Shown: one piece after another, positions 19,411-31,020 of the stretch | How positions within the stretch are numbered: position 1 is the first letter of the stretch | How the letters are laid out: each line of letters opens with the position of its first letter | Assembly: GCA_017539865.1 (NCBI GenBank) | Contig: JAFYCE010000062.1 | Location: 1 to 53,950, forward strand | Direction: 5' to 3' | Length of the DNA stretch: 53,950 nucleotides | Source of the DNA: Alphaproteobacteria bacterium | GTDB lineage: Bacteria; Pseudomonadota; Alphaproteobacteria; CAAGCB01; CAG-977 | Notes under the pieces: generated by a model | Database searches by the model: none | Seen by the model: the letters and a program-made list of their open reading frames with translations, nothing else | Told to the model about the DNA's origin: nothing | Program-made: the position numbers and the translations under genes

Positions 19411-20430
19411 ATGTGGATGATGCGCTTTGTTTTATTTCTGGTTTTAACCGTTCTGCCCGTACCGCTTCGAGCGGAATCGTCACGTGTATCCTCCCTGTTG
19501 ATTGAAGCGGAAACGGGACGGGTTTTATTTTCCGAAAACGCGACGGAAAAAAGGTATCCGGCCTCTTTGACCAAAATGATGACACTGTATCTGGTCTTCG
19601 ATGCGTTGGAAAAAGGCGAAATCCAAATGGATCAGTTGTTGACCGTTTCTAAAAAAGCCGCAAGCATGCCGCGTTCCCGCATGGGGCTGAAAGAAAACAC
19701 TACCATATCGATAGAGAATGTGGTTTTTGCGATGATATCCCGCTCGGCCAACGATGCGGCGGTTGTGATTGCGGAAGGGCTGGCGGGATCGGAAGCTTTA
19801 TTCGCCGACAAAATGACGCGTGTCGCCCGTGAATTGGGCATGAAAAACACGCGCTTTAAAAACGCGTCGGGACTGCATAACAAAGATCAGGTCACGACCG
19901 CTCAGGACATGGCGATTCTGTCGATGGCTCTGATTCAGCATTTTCCGGAATACTACAAATTGTTTTCCGTGCGCGGCTTCCGTTACGGCAAACGCTATTA
20001 CGGCAACCACAATCTTGTCGCCCGATTCTACAAAGGCGGAGACGGCCTGAAAACCGGCTATGTGGATGCGTCCGGCTATCATGTCGTCGGCTCTGCCGTC
20101 CGTGACGGCAAACGGCTGATCGGCGTTGTGATGGGGCGTAATTCCGTACGCGAACGGGACAGACATATTTTCAAGTTGCTGGATTCCGGATTTGCCGCTT
20201 TGAAAAACAAAGCCTCAACCATTGACACGCTGACAAACGCGCCGTTTTTCACCCCGATGAAAGAAGAAAAAACCGGTGCCAGCGAAGCCGAGTACAGAGA
20301 AATGAAAATCGCCGCGCAAAAACTGTCCGAGAACCTTGACCGGATATCCTCAATCGAACAAAGTTTGCAAACCGAACAGAATACAAACGTCGTCAAACAC
20401 GCGATCATCGACTGGGGCAAAAAGAAGTAA
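19411..20430 (+). CDS. dacA: D-alanyl-D-alanine carboxypeptidase (peptidase S11)
   Basis: Signal peptide; PASLTKMM (SxxK), SAN (SxN), KTG; start codon uncertain (19402-19420). Confidence 0.9.
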   Translation: MWMMRFVLFLVLTVLPVPLRAESSRVSSLLIEAETGRVLFSENATEKRYPASLTKMMTLYLVFDALEKGEIQMDQLLTVSKKAASMPRSRMGLKENTTISIENVVFAMISRSANDAAVVIAEGLAGSEALFADKMTRVARELGMKNTRFKNASGLHNKDQVTTAQDMAILSMALIQHFPEYYKLFSVRGFRYGKRYYGNHNLVARFYKGGDGLKTGYVDASGYHVVGSAVRDGKRLIGVVMGRNSVRERDRHIFKLLDSGFAALKNKASTIDTLTNAPFFTPMKEEKTGASEAEYREMKIAAQKLSENLDRISSIEQSLQTEQNTNVVKHAIIDWGKKK

Positions 20431-20435
20431 CCGCC

Positions 20436-21395
20436 ATGGAAATGCCCTCCGTTTTAAAACAAAAGCTTGACGTTCTGTCGACGGGACTGAAACAAAACGA
20501 CATCAAACAAAGCGCACGACAACTCAGCTTTCGTTACAGAAACGAAATAAAACGGGGACAGACTCTGATCGGCGGCAAAAATGATTCCGTCGCCTATGCC
20601 GTCAGCCGGATGCCCGCAACATTCGGCGCATTGTCGTTTGTTTTGGAACAAGCCTTCGCTTTGCCGGATTTTGCGCCCGAAACAATGGTTGACGTCGGCG
20701 CCGGCACCGGCAGCGCCGTTTGGGCGGCGTCATGCTTTTTCGACCTGCAAAGCGTCACTTGTCTGGAACGCAGTCCCGACATGCGCGCGGTCGGAGAAAA
20801 ACTGACGGAAAGCGCTCAAAACTTTTTTTCCGCGCCTCCCGTCTGGCGGGATTTTGATTTGATTCGAGATAATATACCGCGGGCGGATTTAGTAACGGCA
20901 AGCTATGTTTTAAACGAATTGAATGAAAAAGACCGCTTGAACGCTTTGTTAAAATTATGGAACGCAACACAAAACGTCCTTGTTTTAGTCGAACCGGCGA
21001 TGCCTGAAAATTTCCGTCATATTAAAGAATACAGAAAAACTTTAATCAGAAACGGGGCTTTCATCACCGCCCCCTGCCCGCATCAAAACGACTGTTTAAA
21101 CGAATGGTGTCACTTCGGTTGCCGCGTTGCGCGGTCGAAACTGCACCGGATTGCCAAAGGCGGCGAAGCGCCGTTTGAGGACGAAAAATTCTGCTATCTG
21201 ATAGCGACGCGCCGGCAATACGATACTGTTGCGCCGCGTGTTTTGCGCCGTCCCGTCATTGAAACGGGCAAAGTCACACTTTCGTTATGCGCGCCCGAAG
21301 GCATAACGGAAAGAACCTTTTCCAAAAAAGACGGAACGGCTTATAAAACCGCGCGTAAAGCCAAATGGGGCGATGTTTTCATTCCCACGGCGTAA
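20436..21395 (+). CDS. Rsm22-family SAM-dependent methyltransferase
   Basis: AYAVSRMPAT, DVGAGTG, APCPH...C...WCHF, EDEKF, ARKAKWGD. Confidence 0.85.
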   Translation: MEMPSVLKQKLDVLSTGLKQNDIKQSARQLSFRYRNEIKRGQTLIGGKNDSVAYAVSRMPATFGALSFVLEQAFALPDFAPETMVDVGAGTGSAVWAASCFFDLQSVTCLERSPDMRAVGEKLTESAQNFFSAPPVWRDFDLIRDNIPRADLVTASYVLNELNEKDRLNALLKLWNATQNVLVLVEPAMPENFRHIKEYRKTLIRNGAFITAPCPHQNDCLNEWCHFGCRVARSKLHRIAKGGEAPFEDEKFCYLIATRRQYDTVAPRVLRRPVIETGKVTLSLCAPEGITERTFSKKDGTAYKTARKAKWGDVFIPTA

Positions 21396-21813
21396 CACTG
21401 TCGACGACAAGGTTTTTACTTTTGCATTTCGGGCAGAGGATCGCATGGCTCATCGGTACTTTTTCCAATACCCGACCGCAATCCAGACAAGTAAACGACG
21501 GCGTGTAATCTCCGTTTTTAAAGATGAAGTGATAGGTAAAACGGTTATACAAACGGGCGCAGTGCGGACAAACGTACGGTTGATGTTCCCATGTTTTTAA
21601 AATGACGGGACGGTGTTCGCGAATCAGCTTGCGGATAAAGACGAGTTCGTGCGGATTATCAACGATATATTGAGAAAAGTTGACGCCGACCTCTTTTTCC
21701 TCTTCGGACGGGAAACTCTCCGTTCCCGACGCCAAATCGGTTTTTCCGATTCCGTACTTTGCTACAAAGCGATAATCGCAATCCGGACAGGACAGAGTTA
21801 TCAATTTTCCCAT
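21379..21813 (-). CDS. Hypothetical double zinc-ribbon protein
   Basis: Four CxxC pairs (CPDC, CPHC, CLDC, CPKC); RBS AGGAGG. Confidence 0.7.
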   Translation of the reverse strand: MGKLITLSCPDCDYRFVAKYGIGKTDLASGTESFPSEEEKEVGVNFSQYIVDNPHELVFIRKLIREHRPVILKTWEHQPYVCPHCARLYNRFTYHFIFKNGDYTPSFTCLDCGRVLEKVPMSHAILCPKCKSKNLVVDSVTPWE

Positions 21814-21965
21814 AACCGCCTCCTTTTGGTCGGGATGAACCTTTTTTCAGTCTGTCACATTTCCCTTTTTAATCAAACAAAAAAAGAAGTCTTTTTTTAC
21901 CGGTTGAAAATGTGCTATACAGGATAAAAATTTTTCTTTCACTTTTACCCCTTACAGGAGGAATT

Positions 21966-23939
21966 ATGGTTGCTCATAAAGATTTAGCGAATGCTCTGCG
22001 TTTTTTGGCCGCGGAAGGCGTGCAGAAAGCCAATTCCGGACACCCCGGCATGCCGATGGGTATGGCGGACGTCGCCACCGTTCTGTTTTCCAAATTCCTG
22101 AAGTTCGACGCGAAAGCTCCGCATTGGGCGGATCGCGACCGCTTCGTTTTGTCCGCCGGTCACGGCTCGATGCTGTTGTACAGCCTGCTGTACCTGACGG
22201 GCTATGAACAGGCGACTTTGGATCAGCTGAAAAACTTCCGTCAGCTTGGTTCCCGTTGTGCGGGACACCCTGAATACGGCCATCTGGAAGGCATTGAAAC
22301 GACGACCGGACCTCTGGGGCAGGGCATTTCCACCGCCGTCGGCATGGCGATCGCCGAAAAGCTGTTGTCGACCCGCTTCGGCAAAGATGTCGTCGATCAC
22401 TACACCTACGTCATCTGCGGCGACGGCTGCCTGATGGAAGGCATTTCCGAAGAAGCGATTTCTCTGGCCGGCCATCTGCGTTTGAACAAGATGATCGTTC
22501 TGTGGGACGACAACAAGATCACGATTGACGGCTCGACCTCCGTCGCGACCTCGACCGACCAGCGCAAACGCTTTGAAGCGAACGGCTGGAACACGGACGA
22601 ATGCGATGCCTACAAGCCCGAAGAAATCGAAGCCGCCATCGCGCGCGCCAAAAAATCCGACAAACCGACACTGATCGCCTGCCATTCCGTCATCGGTTAC
22701 GGCGCGGCCAAAGAAGGCACAAGCAAAGTTCACGGTTCCCCGATCGGCGCGGAAGACCTGTTGGCCGCCCGCAAACGGTTGGGATTTGAATACGCTCCGT
22801 TCGAAGTTCCCGAGGACATTCTGAACGAATGGCGTTCCTTCGGCAAAAAGGGACAAGCCGAACATGAAGCTTGGGAAAAGCGTTTCGCCGGTATGGATTC
22901 CGCCAAAAAGACCGAATTCGAACGCACGGTTCTGAACCACGCCCTGCCCGCCGGCTGGAAAGAAAAAATGCAGGCGTACAAGGAACAGCTGCTGGCCGAC
23001 AAACCGAAAGTCGCCACCCGCAAGGCTTCCCAGATGGCTTTGGAAGTTCTGGTTCCGGCCATTCCGGAACTGCTGGGCGGTTCCGCGGACTTGACCGCGT
23101 CCAACCTGACGAACGCCAAAGCGTCCAAATCCGTGACGCCGGATGATTTCTCCGGCAACTATATGCACTACGGCATCCGCGAGCACGCGATGGCCGCGGC
23201 GATGAACGGCATTTCCCTGCACGGCGGATTCATTCCGTACTCCGGCGCGTTTCTCGTGTTCATGGATTACCTGAAACCGTCCCTGCGTCTGGCCGCTCTG
23301 ATGGGCATTCGCACGATCTACGTTCTGACGCACGACTCCATCGGCGTCGGTGAAGACGGTCCGACCCACCAGCCGATCGAACATCTGGCGTCCATGCGCG
23401 CGATTCCGAACGTCAACGTGTTCCGCCCCTGCGACGTGATCGAAACGGCGGAATGCTGGGAATTGGCGATTGAATCCGAACACACGCCGTCCGTTTTGGC
23501 GCTGTCCCGTCAGAACCTGCCGACCTTGCGCACCAGCGTAAAGGAAAACCTGTCTGCGAAAGGCGCGTATGTCCTGTCCGACTGCGAAGGCAAACGCGAC
23601 GTAACGTTGCTGGCGACCGGCTCCGAAGTCGAAATCGCCGTCAAGGCGCAGGCTCTGCTGGCCGAAAAGAACATCAAGGCCGCCGTCGTTTCAATGCCGT
23701 CATGGGAATTGTTCGACAAGCAGGACGCCGCTTACAAGAAGGCCGTTCTGGGTGACTGCCCGCGCGTTGCCGTTGAATCTCAGGGGGCGTTCGGTTGGGA
23801 AAAATACACCGGCTTCGACGGTGCGATCGTCGCGATGCGCGGTTTCGGAGCATCCGCTCCGGCCGAACAGCTGTACGAACATTTCGGCATTACGCCGAAC
23901 GCTGTCGCCGCCGCCGCGAAAGAATGCCTGAAAAAGTAA
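21966..23939 (+). CDS. tkt: Transketolase
   Basis: [47 protein letters not shown]. Confidence 0.97.
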   Translation: MVAHKDLANALRFLAAEGVQKANSGHPGMPMGMADVATVLFSKFLKFDAKAPHWADRDRFVLSAGHGSMLLYSLLYLTGYEQATLDQLKNFRQLGSRCAGHPEYGHLEGIETTTGPLGQGISTAVGMAIAEKLLSTRFGKDVVDHYTYVICGDGCLMEGISEEAISLAGHLRLNKMIVLWDDNKITIDGSTSVATSTDQRKRFEANGWNTDECDAYKPEEIEAAIARAKKSDKPTLIACHSVIGYGAAKEGTSKVHGSPIGAEDLLAARKRLGFEYAPFEVPEDILNEWRSFGKKGQAEHEAWEKRFAGMDSAKKTEFERTVLNHALPAGWKEKMQAYKEQLLADKPKVATRKASQMALEVLVPAIPELLGGSADLTASNLTNAKASKSVTPDDFSGNYMHYGIREHAMAAAMNGISLHGGFIPYSGAFLVFMDYLKPSLRLAALMGIRTIYVLTHDSIGVGEDGPTHQPIEHLASMRAIPNVNVFRPCDVIETAECWELAIESEHTPSVLALSRQNLPTLRTSVKENLSAKGAYVLSDCEGKRDVTLLATGSEVEIAVKAQALLAEKNIKAAVVSMPSWELFDKQDAAYKKAVLGDCPRVAVESQGAFGWEKYTGFDGAIVAMRGFGASAPAEQLYEHFGITPNAVAAAAKECLKK

Positions 23940-23969
23940 TTTTTGAACCTTAAAGGAGAAGTAAAACAA

Positions 23970-25025
23970 ATGTCTATGATCAGTATGCGTCAGCTGTTGG
24001 ATCATGCCGCCGAATACGGCTACGGCATGCCGGCTTTCAACATCAACAATATGGAACAGATTTTGGCCGTAATGGCCGCGGCGAAGAAAACGAATTCGCC
24101 CGTCATCATCCAAACGTCCAAAGGCGCCCGTTCCTATGCCGGCGATCTGATGATCCGCAACATGGCTGCGGCTGTCGCGGAAATGTATCCCGAAATTCCG
24201 GTGTGTCTGCATCAGGATCACGGTTCTTCCGTTGAAACGTGCGTCACCGCTTTGGGCAACGGCTGGACTTCCGTCATGATGGACGGTTCGTTGAAGGACG
24301 GCAAACCGGCTTCCCACGAATACAACGCCGAAGTGTCCGGCACGGTCGCGAAGTTCGCGCACATGATCGGCGCTTCCGTCGAAGCGGAATTGGGCTGCAT
24401 CGGTTCTTTGGAAACCGGCAAGGGCGAAAAGGAAGACGGTCACGGCTTTGACGGCGCGATCGACAAATCGAAGCTGTTGACCGATCCGGACGAAGCTTAT
24501 GATTTCGTCAAAGCGACGAACATCGACGCTTTGGCGGTTGCGATTGGAACGTCCCACGGCGCGTACAAGTTCACCCGCAAACCGGACGGCGCGATTCTGT
24601 CAATCGACACGATCAAGAAGATTCACGCCAAGATTCCGACCGTCCATCTGGTCATGCACGGTTCGTCGTCCGTTCCGCAGGAACTGCAGGACATGATCAA
24701 CGAATTCGGCGGCAAGATTCCGCAGACCTACGGCGTGCCAATAGAAGAAATTCAGGAAGGCATCAAGTACGGCGTGCGCAAAGTCAACGTCGATACGGAC
24801 TGCCGTATGGCGATGACGGGAGCGATTCGCAAAATCTTTGCGACGAAGCCGGAAGAATTCGACGTCCGCAAGTATATGGGCCCCGCGATGGAAGAAATGC
24901 AGAAAGTCTGCGAAGCGCGTTACGAACAGTTCGGCGCAGCGGGCATGGCTTCGAAAATCAAGCCGATTTCCTTGGCGGATATGGCGAAGCGTTACAAATC
25001 CGGCGAATTGGATCATATGCTTTAA
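23970..25025 (+). CDS. fba: Class II fructose-bisphosphate aldolase
   Basis: HQDHG, VEAELG, IGTSHGAYK, LVMHGSS, KVNVDTD. Confidence 0.95.
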   Translation: MSMISMRQLLDHAAEYGYGMPAFNINNMEQILAVMAAAKKTNSPVIIQTSKGARSYAGDLMIRNMAAAVAEMYPEIPVCLHQDHGSSVETCVTALGNGWTSVMMDGSLKDGKPASHEYNAEVSGTVAKFAHMIGASVEAELGCIGSLETGKGEKEDGHGFDGAIDKSKLLTDPDEAYDFVKATNIDALAVAIGTSHGAYKFTRKPDGAILSIDTIKKIHAKIPTVHLVMHGSSSVPQELQDMINEFGGKIPQTYGVPIEEIQEGIKYGVRKVNVDTDCRMAMTGAIRKIFATKPEEFDVRKYMGPAMEEMQKVCEARYEQFGAAGMASKIKPISLADMAKRYKSGELDHML

Positions 25026-25042
25026 GATTTATATTCTTACTG

Positions 25043-25074
25043 AAAAGCCCTTCCGGAAACGGAAGGGCTTTTTT
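25043..25074 (+). terminator. Intrinsic terminator of tkt-fba
   Basis: AAAAGCCCTTCCG-GAAA-CGGAAGGGCTTTT plus T run. Confidence 0.9.
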
Positions 25075-25210
25075 GCGCTGAAAACATCCGGAAAACGCAC
25101 CGTTTCTGAAGAATTATCCCCCTATACAAAAATAGAACCTTTTTTTAAGCAAGAAATGTTTTTTCCAAAAACAAAAAAAAATTAGAAAAAATAACGTTTT
25201 TCGAAAAATC

Positions 25211-25239
25211 TTTACAAAAAAAATGGAATTGATTATTAT
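25211..25239 (+). promoter_or_regulatory. Sigma70-type promoter of ORF 25273
   Basis: TTTACA-17 nt-TATTAT; RBS AGGAGG at 25263. Confidence 0.55.
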
Positions 25240-25272
25240 TGTTAAAAAAGGTTCTTTTTTTTAGGAGGAAAA

Positions 25273-26427
25273 ATGGGATTTCTTTCAGATTTATTTTCGA
25301 CTTCGAACGAAAACCGCACACGCACCGATATGGAAAAGAAGCTGTTCGTTCTGACGGATGAAAAAACGGGTTCGACCCGCGGGGCGAAAGACAGCGAAAA
25401 AGCGATTTTAAAGGAAGTTTTCGACATCATCGAGGAAGTTCCCGAAACAAAGAAATTATTGGATGAGGTCGCAAAGCAGGGATACAAGTTCTTTTTCCAA
25501 AAGGATACGGGAAACGTCGAAGGATGTTGTTATGCCGATGATAAAGTAATCATGCTCAATCCGACGATTTGCAAAAACACGGCGGAAATAGCCATTAACT
25601 GCGTCCATGAAATGACACACGCCATGCAGGACAAGAATCTGGGGACGATAAATAAGAATAAGTCCTCGTTAAACATGGCGGATCAGCTTCGACTGGACCG
25701 CGCAAAAGAAGCGGGAGCTTATGTTCAGGAATCGGCTTTTGCCAATGAAATTTTAAAGACGCACCCCGAAGTGCAGAAATTCGTCGAAAAGAATCCGATC
25801 TTGATGGCGTACAAGAATGAAATGGAAAAATCCGGCGATAAAAGCAAAGCCGCCGAAAAAACATTCAAACAATGGTACAATCTGGAAGAATACAGACAGC
25901 CTTATGACGATCTGCACGTCAAACACATCATTTTCGATTTGGATCATACGTCGAAAAAGAAACCGGTTTTAACGGAGTCGATGTCGCCCGAAGAAATGAT
26001 TCAGAAATGTATCTATTCTGAAGACCATAAAAAGGCCATTTCCCCTGAAATCATCAAATCGAAGGAAGCGAACGGATTGACCGACAAGGCGGCGGACAAA
26101 TTGCGGATCGTTCAGGAGAACGTCGACAAAATCTGGGGTGTCAAGGACACTTCGTTCGAAAAGATGTTTACGCACGATACGGGCATAACGCACGAAGAAG
26201 CGGCCAAACAGCCCAAACCGAAACAAGCCGAGGAAAAGCCCAAGGAGTCCATGATGGCGACTCTGAAGAAAACGGAACAGACGCAATCGAAGTCTTCGGG
26301 CGGCGCGTCCTTGATGGGAATGTTGGCCGGTATCGCGATGGATCTGGCTGTCGACGCTGCGAAAGCGAAAGTGGCCAACACCGTCAAAACGGAAGTCCTG
26401 AAAGCGGTCAAAGGCAACGACCGTTAA
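25273..26427 (+). CDS. Putative zincin-like metallopeptidase (HExxH)
   Basis: VHEMTHAMQ, with a downstream EAGA glutamate as candidate third ligand; monocistronic; ends AVKGNDR. Confidence 0.75.
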   Translation: MGFLSDLFSTSNENRTRTDMEKKLFVLTDEKTGSTRGAKDSEKAILKEVFDIIEEVPETKKLLDEVAKQGYKFFFQKDTGNVEGCCYADDKVIMLNPTICKNTAEIAINCVHEMTHAMQDKNLGTINKNKSSLNMADQLRLDRAKEAGAYVQESAFANEILKTHPEVQKFVEKNPILMAYKNEMEKSGDKSKAAEKTFKQWYNLEEYRQPYDDLHVKHIIFDLDHTSKKKPVLTESMSPEEMIQKCIYSEDHKKAISPEIIKSKEANGLTDKAADKLRIVQENVDKIWGVKDTSFEKMFTHDTGITHEEAAKQPKPKQAEEKPKESMMATLKKTEQTQSKSSGGASLMGMLAGIAMDLAVDAAKAKVANTVKTEVLKAVKGNDR

Positions 26428-26445
26428 CTGATAAAGCATTTCATC

Positions 26446-26472
26446 AAAAAGCCCCGTTTTCGGGGCTTTTTT
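26446..26472 (+). terminator. Intrinsic terminator
   Basis: AAAAAGCCCCG-TTTT-CGGGGCTTTTT. Confidence 0.9.
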
Positions 26473-26576
26473 ATTATCCGGAACTCAGGAACGCCTTCAA
26501 TCAAGCCCCCTTGCCAAGCTCTTCATGCAAGCCGCTTTTCGATAACAAAATCTTATCCGCATATTTTTACGGCAAC

Positions 26577-26606
26577 AGAAAAGGCGGGAAAAATTCCCGC
26601 CTTTCT
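26577..26606 (-). terminator. Terminator of aspS
   Basis: AAAGGCGGGAA-AAA-TTCCCGCCTTT hairpin immediately after the aspS stop. Confidence 0.8.
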
Positions 26607-26611
26607 CTTTT

Positions 26612-28399
26612 TTATTTCTTTTCAATCGTTTTCGGCAATTCGACCCGAATGTGCAGTTCTTTCAGCTGCTGCGGCGTGACTTCGCACGGCGCTTGCATCA
26701 TCAAATCCTGCGCCATACCGTTCATCGGGAACAGAATGACTTCGCGAATGTTCGGTTCATCGGCCAACAACATCACCATGCGGTCGATACCCGGAGCCGC
26801 ACCGCCGTGAGGAGGCGCACCATACTTGAACGCGTTCAACATACCGCCGAATTTGTGTTCGACGACTTCAGGGCCGTATCCGGCGATTTCAAACGCTTTA
26901 TACATAATGTCCGGTCTGTGGTTGCGGATTGCGCCGGAAGACAGCTCGATACCGTTGCAGACGATATCGTACTGGTAAGCGTTGATTTCCAGAGGATCTT
27001 TATTCAACAAAGCGTCCATTCCGCCCTGCGGCATCGAGAACGGATTGTGCGAAAAGATGATCTGGTTGGTTTCTTCGTCCAGTTCGAACATCGGAAAATC
27101 GGTGATCCAGCAGAACTTGAAGATGTCTTTTTCCAACAATTCCAACTGCTCGCAGATTTTCGTACGAACTTGTCCGGCGAACTTTTCGACTTTGCCTTTC
27201 TTTTCGCAGACAAAGAAGATCACATCGCCGTCCTTGACGCCGACGGATGTTTTGAGGTCGTTGATGCGGTCTTCGTCCAAATTCTTGGCAATCGCGCCTT
27301 TCGGGCCTTCGGTCGTGTAGGTGATGAAACCGATACCGGGCAGTCCGATTTCGCGCGCCCAGGCATTCATCTTGTCGAACCAGCTGCGTGGTTTTGTTGC
27401 AGCCCCCGGAGCCGGAATCGCGCGCACAACGGCGCCGCGTTCGATCGCATTGGCAAAAATGCCGAAACCGGAACCCGTAAAGATGTCGGTGACATCGGTA
27501 ATCAACAACGGGTTGCGCAGGTCGGGCTTATCGGAACCGTACTTCAGCATCGCTTCCGCATACGGAATGCGGGGGAACGGAGCCGGCGTCACTTTGCGGC
27601 CGTTGGCAAATTCTTCAAAGACGCCCTGCAAAACGGGTTCGATGGCGGCAAACACGTCTTCCTGCGTGACGAAAGCCATTTCGAAGTCCAGCTGATAGAA
27701 TTCGCCGGGGGAACGGTCGGCACGGCTGTCTTCATCACGGAAGCACGGCGCGATCTGGAAATAGCGGTCGAAACCGGAAACCATCAACAGCTGTTTGAAC
27801 TGCTGCGGAGCCTGCGGCAGAGCGTAGAACTGGCCGGGGTGCAGACGGGACGGAACCAGAAAGTCGCGTGCGCCTTCCGGACTGGAGGCGGTCAAAATCG
27901 GCGTCTGGTATTCGACGAAGCCCTGTTCAATCATGCGGCGGCGGCAGGAAGCGATGACCTGAGAGCGCAACAGCATGTTTTTATGCAACTTTTCACGGCG
28001 CAAATCCAAAAAGCGATAGCGCAGACGCGTGTCTTCGGGCTGTTCGAAATCGGCGGCGACCTGCAGCGGCAGGATGTCGGCTTCGGACAGAACTTCGGCT
28101 TCCGTTACGGATAATTCGATTTCGCCGGTCGGCAGGTTCGGATTGACGTTTTCCCCGCCGCGCAGAACGACTTCGCCCGTCACGCAAATAACGCTTTCGG
28201 GGCGGCACTTTTCCAACACCTTAAAGACGGGGCTGGAAATATCGACGACACACTGCGTAATGCCGTAATGGTCGCGCAAGTCGATGAAAACAAGATTCCC
28301 GTGGTCGCGTTTGCGATGAATCCATCCGGACAGACGGGCTTGTTTTCCCGCGTCGGAAGCACGCAGCTGACCGCAGGTATGCGAACGATATGTATGCAT
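26612..28399 (-). CDS. aspS: Aspartate-tRNA ligase
   Basis: [35 protein letters not shown]. Confidence 0.97.
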   Translation of the reverse strand: MHTYRSHTCGQLRASDAGKQARLSGWIHRKRDHGNLVFIDLRDHYGITQCVVDISSPVFKVLEKCRPESVICVTGEVVLRGGENVNPNLPTGEIELSVTEAEVLSEADILPLQVAADFEQPEDTRLRYRFLDLRREKLHKNMLLRSQVIASCRRRMIEQGFVEYQTPILTASSPEGARDFLVPSRLHPGQFYALPQAPQQFKQLLMVSGFDRYFQIAPCFRDEDSRADRSPGEFYQLDFEMAFVTQEDVFAAIEPVLQGVFEEFANGRKVTPAPFPRIPYAEAMLKYGSDKPDLRNPLLITDVTDIFTGSGFGIFANAIERGAVVRAIPAPGAATKPRSWFDKMNAWAREIGLPGIGFITYTTEGPKGAIAKNLDEDRINDLKTSVGVKDGDVIFFVCEKKGKVEKFAGQVRTKICEQLELLEKDIFKFCWITDFPMFELDEETNQIIFSHNPFSMPQGGMDALLNKDPLEINAYQYDIVCNGIELSSGAIRNHRPDIMYKAFEIAGYGPEVVEHKFGGMLNAFKYGAPPHGGAAPGIDRMVMLLADEPNIREVILFPMNGMAQDLMMQAPCEVTPQQLKELHIRVELPKTIEKK

Positions 28400-28552
28400 G
28401 GAATAAATCCTTTTTTACAGTAAAAAAACAAATCTGTGACATATTGATTTCAGGCGGGGGCGTTGTCAACAGAAATTCTGTTGAATCCGATACAAAATCA
28501 AACTTTGTTTTTCTTTTACCGGCAGCGGAAAAAAGCCTGAAAAATTTTTCGG

Positions 28553-29293
28553 TTATTCTTGATCGTCCGCAGCTGTTTCGTCGATCCGCCCGTCTTCGGA
28601 AACATCGGAATCAATTGAATAGCCGACGGCGCGTACCGTGCGAATCAGGTCTTTTTCACCGCCTTCGTTCATCGCCTTACGCAAACGGCGGATATGAACA
28701 TCGACCGTACGCAATTCAACGTGGATATCCGCCCCCCAGACTTCTTTCAGCAACTGTTCGCGCAAGAAAACATGACGGGGCTTCTCCATCAGATATTGCA
28801 GCAGACGAAATTCGGTCGGCCCCAAATGGACGAAGCGGGAACCGCGGGACACGCGACAGGTAGCCAAATCCATTTTGATATCCTCAAACACCAATTCCCC
28901 TTTGGTTTTTGTGGGTTGGACGCGACGCAGCAACGCTTTGATGCGCGCAATCAACTCCGGAACGGAGAACGGTTTGGTCATATAATCGTCCGCGCCGACG
29001 GTCAAGCCGCGGATTTTATCCGCTTCTTCGCCGCGAGCGGTCAGCATGATGATGGGAACGTTGCGTAAATCGTTGTCGTAACGGACTTGTTTGCAAATAT
29101 CGATTCCGCTCATGCCGGGAAGCATCCAGTCCAATAGAATCAATGTCGGATGTTCGATTTTGATTTCGTTGAAAGCTTTTTGCCCGTCCATAACGAAACA
29201 CGTGTCGAACCCTTCTTTTTCCAGATTATAACGCAGAAGCGTAACGATATCTTCCTCGTCTTCAACGATCATAATTTTATCGGTCATGGACAT
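28553..29293 (-). CDS. phoB: Phosphate regulon response regulator PhoB
   Basis: LLDWMLPGMSG, PIIMLTARGEE, GPTEFRLL, RTVDVHIRRLRKA. Confidence 0.9.
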   Translation of the reverse strand: MSMTDKIMIVEDEEDIVTLLRYNLEKEGFDTCFVMDGQKAFNEIKIEHPTLILLDWMLPGMSGIDICKQVRYDNDLRNVPIIMLTARGEEADKIRGLTVGADDYMTKPFSVPELIARIKALLRRVQPTKTKGELVFEDIKMDLATCRVSRGSRFVHLGPTEFRLLQYLMEKPRHVFLREQLLKEVWGADIHVELRTVDVHIRRLRKAMNEGGEKDLIRTVRAVGYSIDSDVSEDGRIDETAADDQE

Positions 29294-29357
29294 TCCCTCT
29301 TTAAATGATGATTTCCGATTATAATCTAAAGAAACGAATTTGTGTGTTACAAAAAAG

Positions 29358-29999
29358 TTATGACTTCAGTTTTTGAATGTTTTCGGCATATTTTCCGTTA
29401 TTGAAAACGGCGCTGCCGGCGACCAGAACGTCCACACCGGCGTTTTGGCACAATTTTGCCGTTTCGGGATTGACGCCGCCGTCGACTTCCAATTCTATCG
29501 GACGGGCGCCGATCATGGCTTTGATCCGTTTCATCTTTTCCAACTGGGAGGAAATAAAGCTTTGTCCGCCGAAACCGGGGTTGACGGTCATTACCAGAAT
29601 CAAATCGACTTTATCCAACACATATTCCAGAACGTTTTCGGGCGTTGCGGGATTAAGCGAAACGCCGGCTTTGACGCCGAACGACTTGACGTATTGCAGC
29701 AACCGGTCAAGATGTTTATCCGCTTCGGCATGAACGGTGATGATATCCGCGCCGGCTTTAGCGAAAGCTTCGATATAAGGCGTGACCGGTTCGATCATCA
29801 AATGCACATCGAAAACTTTGTCCGTATAGGGACGGATCGCTTTGACAACCGCGGGACCGAAGGTGATGTTGGGAACGAAATGACCGTCCATCACATCGAT
29901 ATGGATGTAGTCCGCGCCGGCATCGGCAACGGCTTTGACCTCTTCGCCCAAACGGGCGAAATCCGCTGAAAGGATACTGGGGGCGATTTTCAAGCTCAT
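29358..29999 (-). CDS. rpe: Ribulose-phosphate 3-epimerase
   Basis: [37 protein letters not shown]. Confidence 0.96.
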   Translation of the reverse strand: MSLKIAPSILSADFARLGEEVKAVADAGADYIHIDVMDGHFVPNITFGPAVVKAIRPYTDKVFDVHLMIEPVTPYIEAFAKAGADIITVHAEADKHLDRLLQYVKSFGVKAGVSLNPATPENVLEYVLDKVDLILVMTVNPGFGGQSFISSQLEKMKRIKAMIGARPIELEVDGGVNPETAKLCQNAGVDVLVAGSAVFNNGKYAENIQKLKS

Positions 30000-30148
30000 A
30001 CAAAAGCTCCTCAAAAAAAAGAACTGATTTATTTTAACGGGCTGTTTTGCGAATACAAGGAAAAAGCTTTGTCCGCATGAGTTTTTTGCTTTACGCACGA
30101 AAAGAGAGAACATATATTTTAGAATATGTTTTTTTAAGGATTGTCCGA

Positions 30149-31015
30149 ATGAAACCGAAATTAAAAAAATTTTTGATAAAAGCGGTTTGTTGCTTTATTC
30201 CCTCCCGCCGGCTTCGCATCAAAATCAGAGGGAACTTCGACCGCATTTTTTATTATAAAGCCAAAAAGGCTCTGCTTTTGGCGCCGCAGATTGAAACCGT
30301 CGTTTTAGGGTCTTCGCATGCGCAAAGCGGGTTTTGCGAAACGAAACGGGACATCAATTTAGGCATTTCCTCTCAGGATTTGTATTATTCTTATCAGCTG
30401 TATCTGAAATGCCGGCTGATGTTTTCAAATTTGAAACGGGTCGTTTTGTATTATTCGGATTTTTCCGCCGGATTTGAAGAAGAACGCTCTCATATGATTT
30501 TTGAATCACTGAAATACAACCAGTATTTCGGCATACCGCCGAAAAATCCGATCATATACGCGGAAAAAGGATTGGACACCACTTTGAATTTCGCGCCGTT
30601 TGAAGTAGAAGACCTTTCTTTTGACGATCCGTTTCCGTTCCCTTTTTTTGCCGAAGGTTTAACAACACCAGAAGGCATCAAAGACCGTGTGGAAAAGCAT
30701 TTGAAAAACGCGTTGAGAAACAACAATCAAACGGCGTTCGTCGAAAAATTGATACGAGCCGTAGCGGCGGACGGATTGCAGCTGCTGATCGTCGTTCCGC
30801 CCGTAACGGCGGGATACCTGTCGCACATACCGGCGGATTTGAATGTATTTGAACCGCTGGAAAATGTATTGGCTAAATATAAAGGACAGGTGAAATACCT
30901 GAATTGCTATCGGGACACGGATTTCCTGCAGGAAGACTTTTCCGACAGCGACCATTTGAACCGTCGGGGGGCGGAAAAACTGACCGCGAAGATTCATAAC
31001 GCGTTTCAGGAATGA
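30149..31015 (+). CDS. SGNH-fold hydrolase / O-acyltransferase-like protein
   Basis: LGSSHA (block I Ser) and FSDSDHLN (DxxH); basic N-terminal motif [19 protein letters not shown]. Confidence 0.7.
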   Translation: MKPKLKKFLIKAVCCFIPSRRLRIKIRGNFDRIFYYKAKKALLLAPQIETVVLGSSHAQSGFCETKRDINLGISSQDLYYSYQLYLKCRLMFSNLKRVVLYYSDFSAGFEEERSHMIFESLKYNQYFGIPPKNPIIYAEKGLDTTLNFAPFEVEDLSFDDPFPFPFFAEGLTTPEGIKDRVEKHLKNALRNNNQTAFVEKLIRAVAADGLQLLIVVPPVTAGYLSHIPADLNVFEPLENVLAKYKGQVKYLNCYRDTDFLQEDFSDSDHLNRRGAEKLTAKIHNAFQE

Positions 31016-31020
31016 AACCG

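Noticed and set aside
21984-23483. 499-aa antisense ORF over tkt
   Set aside because: Shadow ORF caused by the strong codon bias of a highly expressed gene; no RBS or recognisable motifs
21966-25025. tkt directly followed by fba without gap-pgk
   Set aside because: Simple operon rearrangement; the missing genes may lie elsewhere in the genome
26651-28114. 487-aa antisense ORF over aspS
   Set aside because: Same antisense shadow effect; aspS is unambiguous on the minus strand
29340-29370. Possible PHO box upstream of phoB (GTCAT...GTAAC on the minus strand)
   Set aside because: Half-site spacing is 14 bp rather than the 11-bp direct repeat, and it overlaps the rpe stop codon
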